A stretch of 64,000 bases of DNA from Azolla caroliniana (lineage: Eukaryota; Plantae; Polypodiophyta). The DNA lies in contig JBHGNT010000021.1 of NCBI GenBank assembly GCA_043228905.1, positions 7,316,001-7,380,000 of the forward strand, in the 5' to 3' direction. The position numbers and the translations under genes are program-made. Position 1 is the first letter of the stretch. Each line of letters starts with the position of its first letter. Below are positions 50,617 to 62,609 of the stretch, piece by piece. The notes under the pieces were generated by a model. It saw only the letters and a program-made list of their open reading frames with translations. It was not told where the DNA came from and did not search any database.

Positions 50617-53600
50617 AGAGGCGGCAAAAGAGCAGAAGATGAAAGGGTCGGATCTTGCAGAGGCCATGGCTTCGGCCGTGGATCGGATATTGAGTGCACG
50701 CGAGGGCACCGACGCCCTCGACAGAGCCATTGAGGCGGTCGTCGGTACGATTGGCCGGTTCAGCGGAAAGGATGCCACGAAGTATTTGGCGTCCTACGGG
50801 GCAGAAATGCTGATGCGGGACATTCCGGAAGAGAGGCGTGTTGCCGGGTTTCCTCGAGTGGCGATGCCGAGCATCCATGCGGAGGTGCTCGAGGTGCGGG
50901 CGGAGAGCCGTACCTGGGAGGAGTTCGAAGGCCTACTCCTAGAAAAATACGGGCTGGACGACGCGCTCCGGCTTTCGAAACGGGACTTCATGGAATGGGT
51001 GGAGTCCCCCGGCAAGGGAAGAAACGCGACGGCACTCCTCCGGGAGTTTGAAGAACGCTTCGCGCGCCTTTCGGCGCTTGACCGAACCGTTCTGGATACA
51101 AGCCGGGTCCTACTGTTCGTCAAGTCGGTGGACGAGCGGGACCGGGACCAAGTCGGCTCCTTGTTGGAAACCGAGGACGGGCTGACAACTGACTGGGCTG
51201 AGGTTAAGAGAGTCTGTGGCCGTTTCGATAAACGGCGAGAATGGGCTGACAACGGGGCTGCCGGTGCGGGCTCTGTCACAGCAAGGAGGCTTGAACCGGC
51301 ACCGCAAGTGCGAAGGGGAGAAACCCGGGAATGGCTCGAAACCGGTCCGGCTTCGACCGGCATGGTCAATGGCTCGTCCGGAGGAGTAGCGCTGGAGGAG
51401 TTGACGCGGGCGATAAAGGATCTCCAGATCGCCCAGACTCGAAGGGAAGGCGGCGAACCGGCTCGTGACCGACGGCCGGCAGCGGGGAACACGTGCATGT
51501 GGTGCGACGAGGTCGGCCACATTCGGAAGGACTGCGGTGATTTCGCAGAGGTGTTGAGGAAATGGGTGGTGTACCTGTGGGAAGGCCGGGTGCACGCCGG
51601 CGACACCAGGAGGGCCCTGAACCGAAACGACGGGCGAGGAGGAATGAAGAGACTGATGGAAGAGGCAGCGGCCCGACACGTGGAGGCCATCCACTACTCG
51701 GCGTCGGCCGGCATTCGGGTCGGGGGCAGGGAGGCCCGAAAGGAGGGCAAAGACGGATTCTGGTCGGCAATGCTAGAAGGTCTTGCCGGCGCACGGCTAA
51801 GGAAAGATGAAACGGACCGCATTGAGAGACGGGTCCGGGAAATAACCGGGTGGAGCGATCCGGTCGAGGAGAAGACGGGCTTTGTAGAAGCCGCCTGCCG
51901 GAACTACGAGGCTCTGGTTGAAGACAAAGGGGTGGGGAAAGCCGGAGCGGCCGGGCCCTCACAACGGTACGAGACCCGATTCGGGCAACGACGGAACGAT
52001 GCTGGTGGGTCCAGCCCGCAAGATAACCCCAGGAAGGGCGGATACCGACTGGGGACGGAAATAGAAAGGTCCTAGAAGAACGGATCCTCGACAGCAAAGT
52101 GGAGCTGTCATTGCGAGAGGTGCTAGGGATCGCCAAGAAGGAGTTCCACGACTCCATTGTGGACCTGGTGAAACGGAAGAGGCTGTCGACGGAGACGGAA
52201 CCAGAAAGACCGGTGGAGGTGCGGACGACGCACATCGACGACATGGCGATGGAAGACGAGTGGGCGGAGAGCCACTATTCGAGGCCACACTGGGCCCGAG
52301 CGACCACAGAGACCCCGGTAAAGATCGGAGATGTTCAGGAACCGGTGGTGGCATTGGTGGACCACGGTTCGGAAATAAACCTGATGTCCATGGACTTCTA
52401 TAAGAAGGGGAAGTGGCCGATCAACACCAAGCACGGGTGGAAGATACGGGCAACGACGCGTGCCACCGAGGAACTGCATGGGGCCTGCCCGAACGTGCGA
52501 GTCAAGATCGGCGACGTCGAGATTGACCAGCACTTCTTCGTACAGGAGATGTCCTCGCACCCGGTCATATTAGGGGAACCATACATCACGGCGGCGCGAA
52601 TGGAGACCAAGGTGCTGGACAACGGTTCAGCCTACGCGAGGGTCAAAAGCCAGGACGGGCGCCATTCGGTGCAATTTCTAACGGTGCGGCCGAACCACGA
52701 GAGAAAGCGCGAGTCCCTCGGTGGCGAGAACCGGGAGGATTTTTAGAGAGGGCTGCCAAGGCGTGGGGCCGAGACAGCCCGGACACTCGGAAAAGACCCC
52801 ACGACTGTACGATAGGTAGGAAATTTTGCTTCTCCAACAACGGAGGGTGTATGATAGTCGGCATCGTTGGCTGAGAAAAGACAAGGGCGGAAGAGCGATT
52901 TCGAGCGTGCGGAGTTCTCGGCCCGGACAAGGAAATCAGCGGAGCCGTGGAGGCGGTCTCCTTCGACGACACCTTGGGAATGCTGAGGAAGGTAGCCGGA
53001 GAAGACCTTAACGAAGACTGGACGATACCGGTATGTTCCGAAGAGATGTATGAAGTTATTGCGAACTTCAGTCGGGGGCTCGGGTCGGATCGGACGGCCC
53101 GAGTTAGCACGAAGTTCAAGACTGTGGACCAGAAGGTAAGGCCAGTCGCGGCACCCTTGCCGGAGGGCAGCGAGTCCCGAATCAGAGGGGTGGCGTTGGA
53201 CCCCACTTTACGAGATCCGGCCTGCATAGGACACACCTTCACCGACGGGACGCTCTGGGAGCTCAAGATCGGTGGGGGCGGGTTCCTACTGCCGGCGGAG
53301 GAAGACCGGTTTCGGAGAATGCTCGGAAGGCACGGAAAGGCCTTCGCATTCTCACCGGAAGAGATCGGGTGCGTAGACCCGACGATCGTGGAGCCGATGG
53401 TGATATTCACGGTACCGCATGTGCCGTGGAATCTCAAGCCGATTCCGGTACCGAGAGCTCACATCCCGAAGTTGATGGAGCTATTGAGGCAGAAAGTAGA
53501 TATGGGCATTCTCGAACCGTCGAGTGCCCCATACTCGAACCGATGGGAGAAATCGGCCTTCGGGCAATCAGAAATCCTGGTGGTCGGACACCTATGTGGA

Positions 53601-56600
53601 CCATATGGCCGGAAGCCATCTCCGGCAAAGGTAGAAGCCATCTCTGCGATGAAGACCGACTGTAACTCGGTTACGGAAGTTCTAAGGTTCCTGGGGCATG
53701 CGCGTTCTACCACATATGGATCCCACATTATGCCCACGTTGCGGAGGCGCTATATGGGTCGCTGAAGAAAGGGCGAAAATTCGAATGGCGAGACGAGCAC
53801 ACGGAGTCGGTCCGGAAGCTGAAGGAAGCTCTTGCGGCAGCACCGGCGCTCCGAAAGGCTGTCTATGAGAAGGGTACCCCGGTATACATAACGGTGGATA
53901 CGAGCCCGACCGTTATCGGATGGGTCGTCAACCAAGAAGACAAGGACGACATTCGGTTCCCGTTCCGATTCGGCGCGAAGGTCCTCAGTGAGCGACAGCG
54001 AGGGTACGCCCAGGTTTAGCGCGAACTCTGGGGTATCGTTTCGGCAGTAAAGGCCGACAAAGACTACCTGATCGGGACAGAAGTAGTTATCGAGACGGAT
54101 TGCCTGCCAATTCTCGGCATGGTTTCCGGATGCGCGACACCGGACCTGGCGATGCTCAGGTGGATAGCGTACATCAAGTCCCTGGACCCGGAAATACGAC
54201 ACATTTCCAGAAAGGACAACGCCATGGCCGACATGCTTTCGAGGGCGAGGTTTGATAACGAGGGCGGCATGGTTTCGGAGGATGAAGAAGTCAGCGTGGA
54301 CTTCTTCGAGGTAGCGTACGTGACGACTGATGGGACGAGCTCTCCGGCGCTTAACGGTTTTGACGAGAGCAAGTACGACGACGAGTGGCTACAGATCCGG
54401 AAGAGAGCATACCGATTCTTTCTCCGGGACGGATACTTATGGAAACACCCGAAGAAGAGGAACGGCGTCCCGCTCCGGGTGGTGGCGATGAAGGAAGAAC
54501 AGGAGGAGCTGCTGACGGCTTACCACGACAGCCCTTGGGCTGGACACCGTGGAACGTGGGCCACGTTCGAGAAGATAAAGGGGAAGTACTGGTGGCCAGG
54601 ATTGTACTGGGACGTGCATCGGTTCGTGACAACTTGCGAGAGCTGTCAGATGCACTCCATAGTCCGACATCGGGACGAGCTTCACCCTACGTACCCTCTG
54701 ACCATCCACTTCAAATGGATGGTAGATCTGGTGACGATGCCGATGGGAGTAGGACAAATGCGGTATCTGGTCCTGGCTCGGGAAGATCTCACGAACCAGG
54801 TAGAAGGCCGAGCCCTTCAGAACAAAACGACCGTAGCCGTATGTCGGTTCCTGATCGAGGACATGATATGCCGGTACGGGTGCGTCGGGAAGATCGTGGC
54901 TGATCGCGGGGAGTTGGACGCCGAAGAGGCCAAAGAGCTGTTCGACCAGCTAGGAGTCAAGCTCTCGCTTACCACTGCGTACAATCCGGAGGCGAATGGG
55001 AAGGTGGAGCGCGGACACGGACCGATCGTCAAGGCGTTAGTTCGGGCATGCGGAGGTCAAGTTGGGAACTGGCCGCGACTGCTGCCTTACGCGTTGTGGG
55101 TTGACCGAACTACGCACAGTTCGGTAACCAGATTCATGCCGGCAGAGCTCATGTTTGGGCAGAAGCCGATCATGCCGATGGAACGTACGATCTCCTCATG
55201 GGCAACCGTGGACTGGAGAGACGAGATGAGCCGAGAGGAACTGTTGACGGCGCGCATATGACAGCTCGAGCGAAGACCGGAGGACGTGGAGCAGGCTGCG
55301 GAAAAGCTTCGGGGGGCCAGTACGAGGAACAAAGCCCGGTTCGACCGGACGCACTGGCTCCGACCGAAGAAGATCGAGGAAGGCGACTGGGTGCTAGTCT
55401 ACGACAGCAGCCTCGACAACCAGCACCGAGCGACACGGAAGTTCGCAAGAAGGTTGTTCGGGCCTTACGTGGTACAAAGCGCCAACGACAACGGGACGTA
55501 CCATCAGGCGGAACTCGACGGAACGAGGATGGCTATACCGGTAACTGGGAAGCGGATCAAAGCGTTCAAGAAGCGTCACGACGACGAGCCGGATCCGGTT
55601 AACCTGGACCGCGACGACGAACGATCCGAAACCCAAGAAGAACCGACGGGCGGAGAATGAAGGCTGGACCGGTTTTCTCCGTCCCAACACAATTTGGCGC
55701 ATGCCGGTGGATGCGCGGTTAGGTGGGGGCAGATGTCGTGAAGAAAACCGTCCACAAGCGGAATCGGTGCACGGGAGCGTAGGAACCGACTCTTCGTGCA
55801 CATGCGCCTTATGTTGTACATAGAAGATCCTAGGCAGGTAGATTCGGTAGGTAGGGAAACGGCTCCTTCCTTACCTATAAAAGGAGGGAGACGAGGAGGG
55901 GCGAAGGATCGCAGAGAGTGGAGGACGAAGTGTTGTCGGTTCGTGGGCGAAGGCTTCTCTCTCTCTCTGGTTCGCAAACTCCATAGGTTCCTTCTGTGCA
56001 GGTTTCGGGAGGCTCGCGCTGCTCTGAGGAATGCCCGAGTGCTTCCGGCAGCACCTCAAACCTACTCCTTCCTTTCTGTGCGTTTACGAACAGGTATCGG
56101 CATCTGTTCGCCGGTCTGTTCGGTTGTAACCGACTTCGTGTTTTGTTGTCTGTCTTTGTTAATACATACATACATTCGTGTCTCTCTGTGTCGCTGTCCC
56201 ACTCGCGCCTTTGTGTCGAAGGGCCGTGTCCCTGTGAATCTACTCTCGCACGTAGTGGGTCTCTTCTCCTTTCTCTCTTGCTCTTCGGTACAGGACCCCA
56301 GAGGTCCCGCCTCATTCCACGCATCCGCTGTCGAGGTATTCCTCGCGGATGTGTGGAGTGAGGCGGGACCTCGGGAGTCCTGTACCGAAGAGTAAGAGAG
56401 AGAGAGACCCACTACGTGCGAGCGTAGATTCACAGGGACACGGCCCTTCGACGCAAGGACGCGAATGGGACAGCGACACAAAAGACACGAAAGTATGTAT
56501 GTATTGACAAGACAAACAACAAGAACACTAAGACAACAAAACACGAAGTCGGTTACAACCGAACAGGCCGGCGGACAGATGCCGATACCTGTTCGTAAAC

Positions 56601-57031
56601 GCACAAAAAGACAGGAACAGGTTGGAGGTGCTGCCGGAAGCACTCGGGCATTCCTCGGAGCAGCGCGAGCCTCCCGAAACCTGCACAGAAGGAAGCTATG
56701 GAGTCTGTGAACCAGAGAGAGAGAGAGAGAGAGAGAGAGAAGCCTTCGCGCCCAATCCGACAGCACTTCGTCCTCGACTCTCCGCGATCCCTTTACTCTC
56801 CTCGTCTCCCTCCTTTTATAGACAAGGAAGGAGCCGTTTCCCCTTTACTCCCTACCTACCGAACCTACCTAGGATTTCCTTAAGGCGCACGTGCATGAAG
56901 AGTCGGTTTCTACGCTCCAGTACACCGATTCCACTTGTGGACGGTTTTCTTCACGACATCCGCCCCCACCTAACCGCGCATCCACCGGCATGCGCCAAAT
57001 TGTGTTGGGACGGAGAAAACCGGCCCAGCCT

Positions 57032-60000
57032 TCATTCCCCGCCCGTTGGTTCTTCCTCGGTTTCGGATCGCTCGTCATCGCGGTCCAAGTCAACCTGATC
57101 CGGCTCGTCGTCGTGACGCTTCTTGAACGTCTTGATCCGCTTCCCAGCTACCGGTATCATCATTCTTGTACCGTCGAGTTCCGCCAGATGGTACGTCCCG
57201 TTGTCGTTGGCGCTTTGTACCACGTAAGGCCCGAACCACCTCCTTGCGAACTTCCGCGTTGCTCGGTGCTGGTTGTCGAGGCTGCTGTCGTAGACCAGCA
57301 CCCAGTCGCCTTCCTCGATCTTCTTCGGTCGGAGCCGGTGTGTTCGGTCGAACCGGGCTTTGTTCCTCATCCTTGCTTCCCGAAGCTTTTCCACAGCCTA
57401 CTCCACGTCCTCCGGTCTCCGCTCGAGCTGTCGTATGCGCGCCATCAACAGTTCCTCCCGGCTCATCTCGTCTCTCCAGTCCACGGTTGCCCATGAGGAG
57501 ACCGTACGTTCGATCGGCATGATCAGCTTCTGCCCAAACATGAGCTCTGCCGGCATGAATCCGGTTACCGAACTATGCGTAGTCCGATCAGCTCACAACG
57601 CGTAAGGCAGTAGCCGCGGCCAGTTCCCGACTTGACCTCCGCATGCTCGAACTAACGCCTTGACGATCGGTCCGTGTCCGCGCTCCACCTTTCCATTTGC
57701 CTCCGGGTTGTACGCAGTGGTAAGTGAGAGCTTGACTCCTAGCCGGTCGAACAGCTCCTCGGCCTCTTCGGCGTCCAACTCCCCACGATCAGCCACGATC
57801 TTTCCGACGCACCCGTACCGGCATATTACGTCCTCGAGCAGGAACCGACATACGGCCGCAGTCGTTTTGTTCTGAAGGGCCCGGCCTTCCACCTGGTTCG
57901 TTAGATCTTCCCGAGCTAGGACCAGATACCGCATCTGTCCTACTCCTATCGGCATCGTTACCAGGTCTACCATCCATTTGAAGTGGATGGTCGGAGGGTA
58001 CGTAGGGTGAAGTTCGTCCCGGTGTCGGACTATGGAGTGCATCTGACAGCTCTCGCAAGTTGTCACGAATCGATGCACGTCCCGGTACAGTCCCGGCCAC
58101 AAGTACTTCCCCTTTATCTTCTCGAACGTGGCCCAGGTTCCACGGTGTCCGGCCCAAGGGCTGTCGTGGTAGGCCGTCAGTAGCTCCTCCTGTTCTTCCT
58201 TCATCGCCACCACCTGGAGCGGAGCGCCGTCCCTCTTCTTCGGGTGCTTCCATAGGTATCCGTCCCGGAGAAAGAATCGGTAAGCTTTCTTCCGGATCCG
58301 GTTGGACTCGTCCTTCGTCCATGATGCATCCGGCGTCATTTTCCTCAAGAATCCACCGATCTGGAGCCACTCGCCGTCGTACTTGTTCTCGTCGAAGTCG
58401 TTAAGTGCCGGAGTGCTCGTCCCATTGGTTGTCACGTACGCTGACTCGAAGAAGTCCACGCCGACTTCTTCGTCCTCCGAAACCATGCCGCCCTCGTCAT
58501 CAAACCTTGCCCTCGAAAGCATGTCGGCCATGGCGTTATCCTTTCCGGAAATGTGCCGTATTTCCGGGTCCAGGGACTTGACGTAGGCTATCCACCTGAG
58601 CATCGCCAGGTCCGGTGTGGCGCATCCGGAAACCATGCCGAGAATTGGCAGGCAATCCGTCTCGATAATCACTTCTGCCCCGATCAGGTAGTCTTTGTCG
58701 GCCTTTACTGCCGAAACGATACCCCAGAGTTCACGTTTAACCTGGGCGTACCCTCGTTGTCGCTCACTGAGGATCTTCGCGCCGAATCGGATCGGGAACC
58801 GAACGCCGTCCTCGTCTTCTTGGTTGACGACCCATCCGATCCCGGTCGGACTCGTATCCACCGTTATGTATACCGGGGTACCCTTCCCGTAGACAGCCTT
58901 CCGGAGCGCCGGTGCTGCCGCAAGAGCTTCCTTCAGCTTCCGGACCGACTCCGTATGCTCGTCTCGCCATTCGAATTTTTGCCCTTTCTTCAGCAACCCG
59001 TATAGCGGCTCCGCAACGTGGGCGTAATGCGGGATCCATATGTGGTAGAACGCGCATGCCCCTAGGAACCTCCGAACTTCCGTAACCGAGCTACAGTCGG
59101 TCTTCATCGCGGAGATGGCTTCTACCTTTGCCGGAGACGGCTTCCGGCCATATGGTCCGCATAGATGCCCGACCACCAGGATTTCTGATTGCCCGAAGGC
59201 CGACTTCTCCCCGGAGAAGGTGAGCCTCGCCTCCTCTAGCCTTTGTAGCACCTTCTCGCAGTCGTTGATGTGTGTTGCAACGAATCGCCGGCATCCGTCA
59301 GGCCCGAGTGTCTCGTCCTTCTCTTCCACCGGGCACCCTTTGATAGGGATGTCGTCTAGAAACGGCATGGTGATGTCCGGGATGCAATCCCTCAGTACCT
59401 TGTTCATTGCATTCACCATGTGGGCCACCGAGTTGGTCCCTCCCTGTGGCAGGGTACACATTCGCACTAGGCTGAGGGGAGTTCGCATCGTCGTAATGTC
59501 TCTGCTTTCCACGGCTAGCTGGAACTGGTCGTACCCTGAGTACAGATCACCGATCGAGTAAATCGACCTCCCGGCAAAGGCCTCCGCGAACTCGTCTATG
59601 GTGGGTCCGATTCCTGCGTTTCGAATGGTCACTCTGTTGACCGGCTGCAGGTCTTGAATGAAGCGCAACGTTCCGTTTTTCTTCGGTACGGTAAACCATC
59701 GGTTCGAGTATGGGGCACTCGACGGTTCAAGAATGCCCATATCTACTTTCTGCCTCAATAGCTCCATCAACTTCGGGATGTGAGCTCTCGGTACCGGAAT
59801 CGGCTTGAGATTCCACGGCACATGCGGTACCGTGAATATCACCATCGGCTCCACGATCGTCGGGTCTACGCACCCGATCTCTTCCGGTGAGAATGCGAAG
59901 GCTTTCCCGTGCCTTCCGAGCATCCTCCGAAACCGGTTTTCCTCCGCCGGCAGTAGGAACCCGCCCCCACCGATTTTGAGCTCCCGGAGCGTCCCGTCGG

Positions 60001-60500
60001 TGAAGGTGTGCCCTATGCAGGCCGGATCTCGTAAACTGGGGTCCGACGCAACCCCTCTGATCCTGGACTCGCTGCCCTCCGGTAAGGGTGCCGAGACTGG
60101 CCTTACCTTCCGGTCCACAGTCTTGTACTTTGTGCTAACTCGGGCCGTCTGATCCGTCCCGAGCCCCCGACTGAAGTCCGCGATGACTTCGTACATCTCT
60201 TCGGAACATACCGGTATCGTCCGGTCTTCGTTAAGGTCTTCTCCGGCAACCTTCCTCAGCATCCCTAAGGTGTCGTCGAAGGAGACCGCCTCCACGGCTC
60301 CGTTGATTTCCTCGTCCGGGCCGAGAACTCCGCACGCTCGAAGTCGCTCTTCCGCCCTTGTCTTTTCTCGGCCAACGATGTCGACCATCATACACCCTCC
60401 GTTGTCGGAGAAGCAAAATCCCCTACCTATCGTACAGTCGTGGGGTCTTTTCCGAGTGTCCGGGCTGTCTCGGCCCCACGCCTTGGCAGCCCTCTCTAAA
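57032..60500 (-). pseudogene. Pol (RT-RNase H-integrase) of the inner Gypsy, with two stops in the integrase C-terminal part
   Basis: 932-aa ORF 57593-60391 has LRFIQDLQPVN, DLYSGYDQ, LPQGGTNS, PFLDD, VDTSPTGIG, H..H..CESC zinc finger and ADRG..ANGKVER. A GPY motif lies in 57032-57394. No chromodomain. Confidence 0.92.
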
Positions 60501-62609
60501 AATCCTCCCGGTTCTCGCCACCGAGGGACTCGCGGTTTCTCTCATGGTTCGGCCGCACCGTCAAAAATTGCACCGAATGGCGCCTGTCCTGGCTTTTGAC
60601 CCTCGCGTAGGCCGAACCGTTGTCTAGCACCTTGGTCTCCATTCGCGCCGTCCCCTAATATGACCGGGTGCGAAGACGTTTCCTGTACGAAGAAGTGCTG
60701 GTCAATCTCGACGTCGCCGATCTTGACTCGCTCGTTCGGGCAGGCCCCATGCAGTTCCTCTGTGGCGCGCGTCGCCGCCCGTATCTTCCACCCGTGCTTG
60801 GTGTTGATCGGCCACTTCCCCTTCTTATAGAAGTCCATGGACATTAAGTTTATTTCCAAACTGTGGTCCACCAACGCCACCACCGGTTCCCGAACATCTC
60901 CGATTTTTACCGGGGTCTCCGTGGTCGCTCGGACCCAGTGTGGCCTCGAATAGTGGCTCTCCGCCCACTCATCTTCCAGCGCCGAGTCGTCGATGTGCGT
61001 CGTCCGCACCTCCACCGGTTTTTCCGGTTCCGTCTCCGTCGATAGTCTCTTCCGTTTCACCAAGTCTACAATGGAGTCGTGGAACTCCTTCTTGGCGATC
61101 CCTAGCACCTCCCATAATGACAGCTCCACCTTGCTGTCGAGGATCCGTTCCTCTAGGACCTTCCGTAGGTCCGTAGTCCTTTCAATTTCCGTCCCTAGTC
61201 GGTATCCGCCCTTCCTGGGGTTATCTTGCGAGCTGGACCCACTGGCATCGTTCCGTCGTTGCCCGAATCGGGTCTCGTACCGTTGTGAGGGCCCGGCCGC
61301 TCCGGCTTTCCCCACTCGTTTTTCTTCTACCAGAGCCTCGTAGTTCCGGCAAGCGGCTTCTACGAAGCCCGTCTTCTCCTCGACCGTATCGTTCCACCCG
61401 GTTATTTCCCGGACCCGCCTCTCAGCGTGGTCCGTTTCATCTTTCCTCAGCTGCGCACCGGCGAGGCCTTCCAGCATTGCCGACCAGAAACCGTCTTTAC
61501 TTTCCTTTCGGGCCTCGCTGCCCCTGACCTGAATACCGGCTGACGCCGAGTAGTGGATGGCCTCCACGTGTCGGGCCACTGCCTCTTCCATCAGTCTCTT
61601 CATACCTCCTCGCCCGTCGTTTCGGCTCAGGGCCCTCCTGGTGTCGCCAGCGTGCACCCGGCCTTCCCACAGGTACACCACCCGGTTTCTCAACGCCTCT
61701 GCGAAATCGCCGCAGTCCTTCCGAATGTGGCCGACCTCGTCGCACCACATGCACCTGTTCCCTGCTGCCGGCCGTCGGTCACGAGCCGGTTCGCCGCCTT
61801 CCCTTCGAGTCTGGGCGATCTGGAGATCCTTTATCGCCCGCGTCAACTCCTCTAGCGCGGCTCCTCCGGACGAGCCATTGACCATGCTGGTCGAAGCTGG
61901 ACCGGTCTCGAGCCATTCCCGGGTTTCTTCCCTTCGCACTTGCGGTGCCGGTTCAAGCCTCCTTGCTGTAACAGAGCCCGCACCTGCCGCCCCGTTGTCA
62001 GCCCATTCTCGCCGTTTGTCAAAACGGCCACAGACTCTCTTAACCGCAGCCCAGTCGGTTGTCAGCCCGTCTTCAGTTTCCAGCAAGGAGCCGACTTGAT
62101 CCCGGTCCTGCTCGTCCACCGACTTGACGAACAGTAGGACCTGGCTCATATCCAGAATGGTTCGGTCAAGCGCCGAAAGGCGCGCAAAGCGTTCTTCGAA
62201 CTCCCGGAGGAGTGCCGACGCGTTTCTTCCTTTGCCGGGGGACTCCACCCATTCCATGAAGTCCCGTTTCGAAAGCCGGAGCGCATCGTCCAGCCCATAT
62301 TTCTCTAGGAGTCGGCCTTCGAACTCCTCCCAAGTACGGCTCTCCGCCCGTACCTCGAGCACCTCCGCATGGATGCTCGGCATCGCCACTCGAGGGAACC
62401 CGGCAAGACGCCTCTCTTCCGGAATGTCCCGCATCAGCATTTCCGCCCCGTAGGACGCCAAATACCTCATAGCATCCTTTCCGCTGAAACGGCCGATCGT
62501 ACCGACGACCGCCTCAATGGCTCTGTCGAGGGCACTGGTGCCCTCGTGTGTGCTCAATATCCGATCCACGGCCGAAGCCATGGCCTCTGCAAGATCCGAC
62601 CCCCTCATC
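60496..62609 (-). pseudogene. Gag-protease of the inner Gypsy (frameshifted by a ~14-nt deletion near 60650)
   Basis: MRGSDLAEAM start, CMWCDEVGHIRKDC knuckle, protease LVDH(S/G). The C-terminus is out of frame relative to the outer copy. Confidence 0.85.

Noticed and set aside
50045-50638. Gag ORF appears to extend about 200 codons upstream through the LTR
   Set aside because: It starts upstream of the TATA-like box (~50125), crosses a variable CT microsatellite and has a different extent in the inner copy. The real start is more likely the ATG at ~50639.
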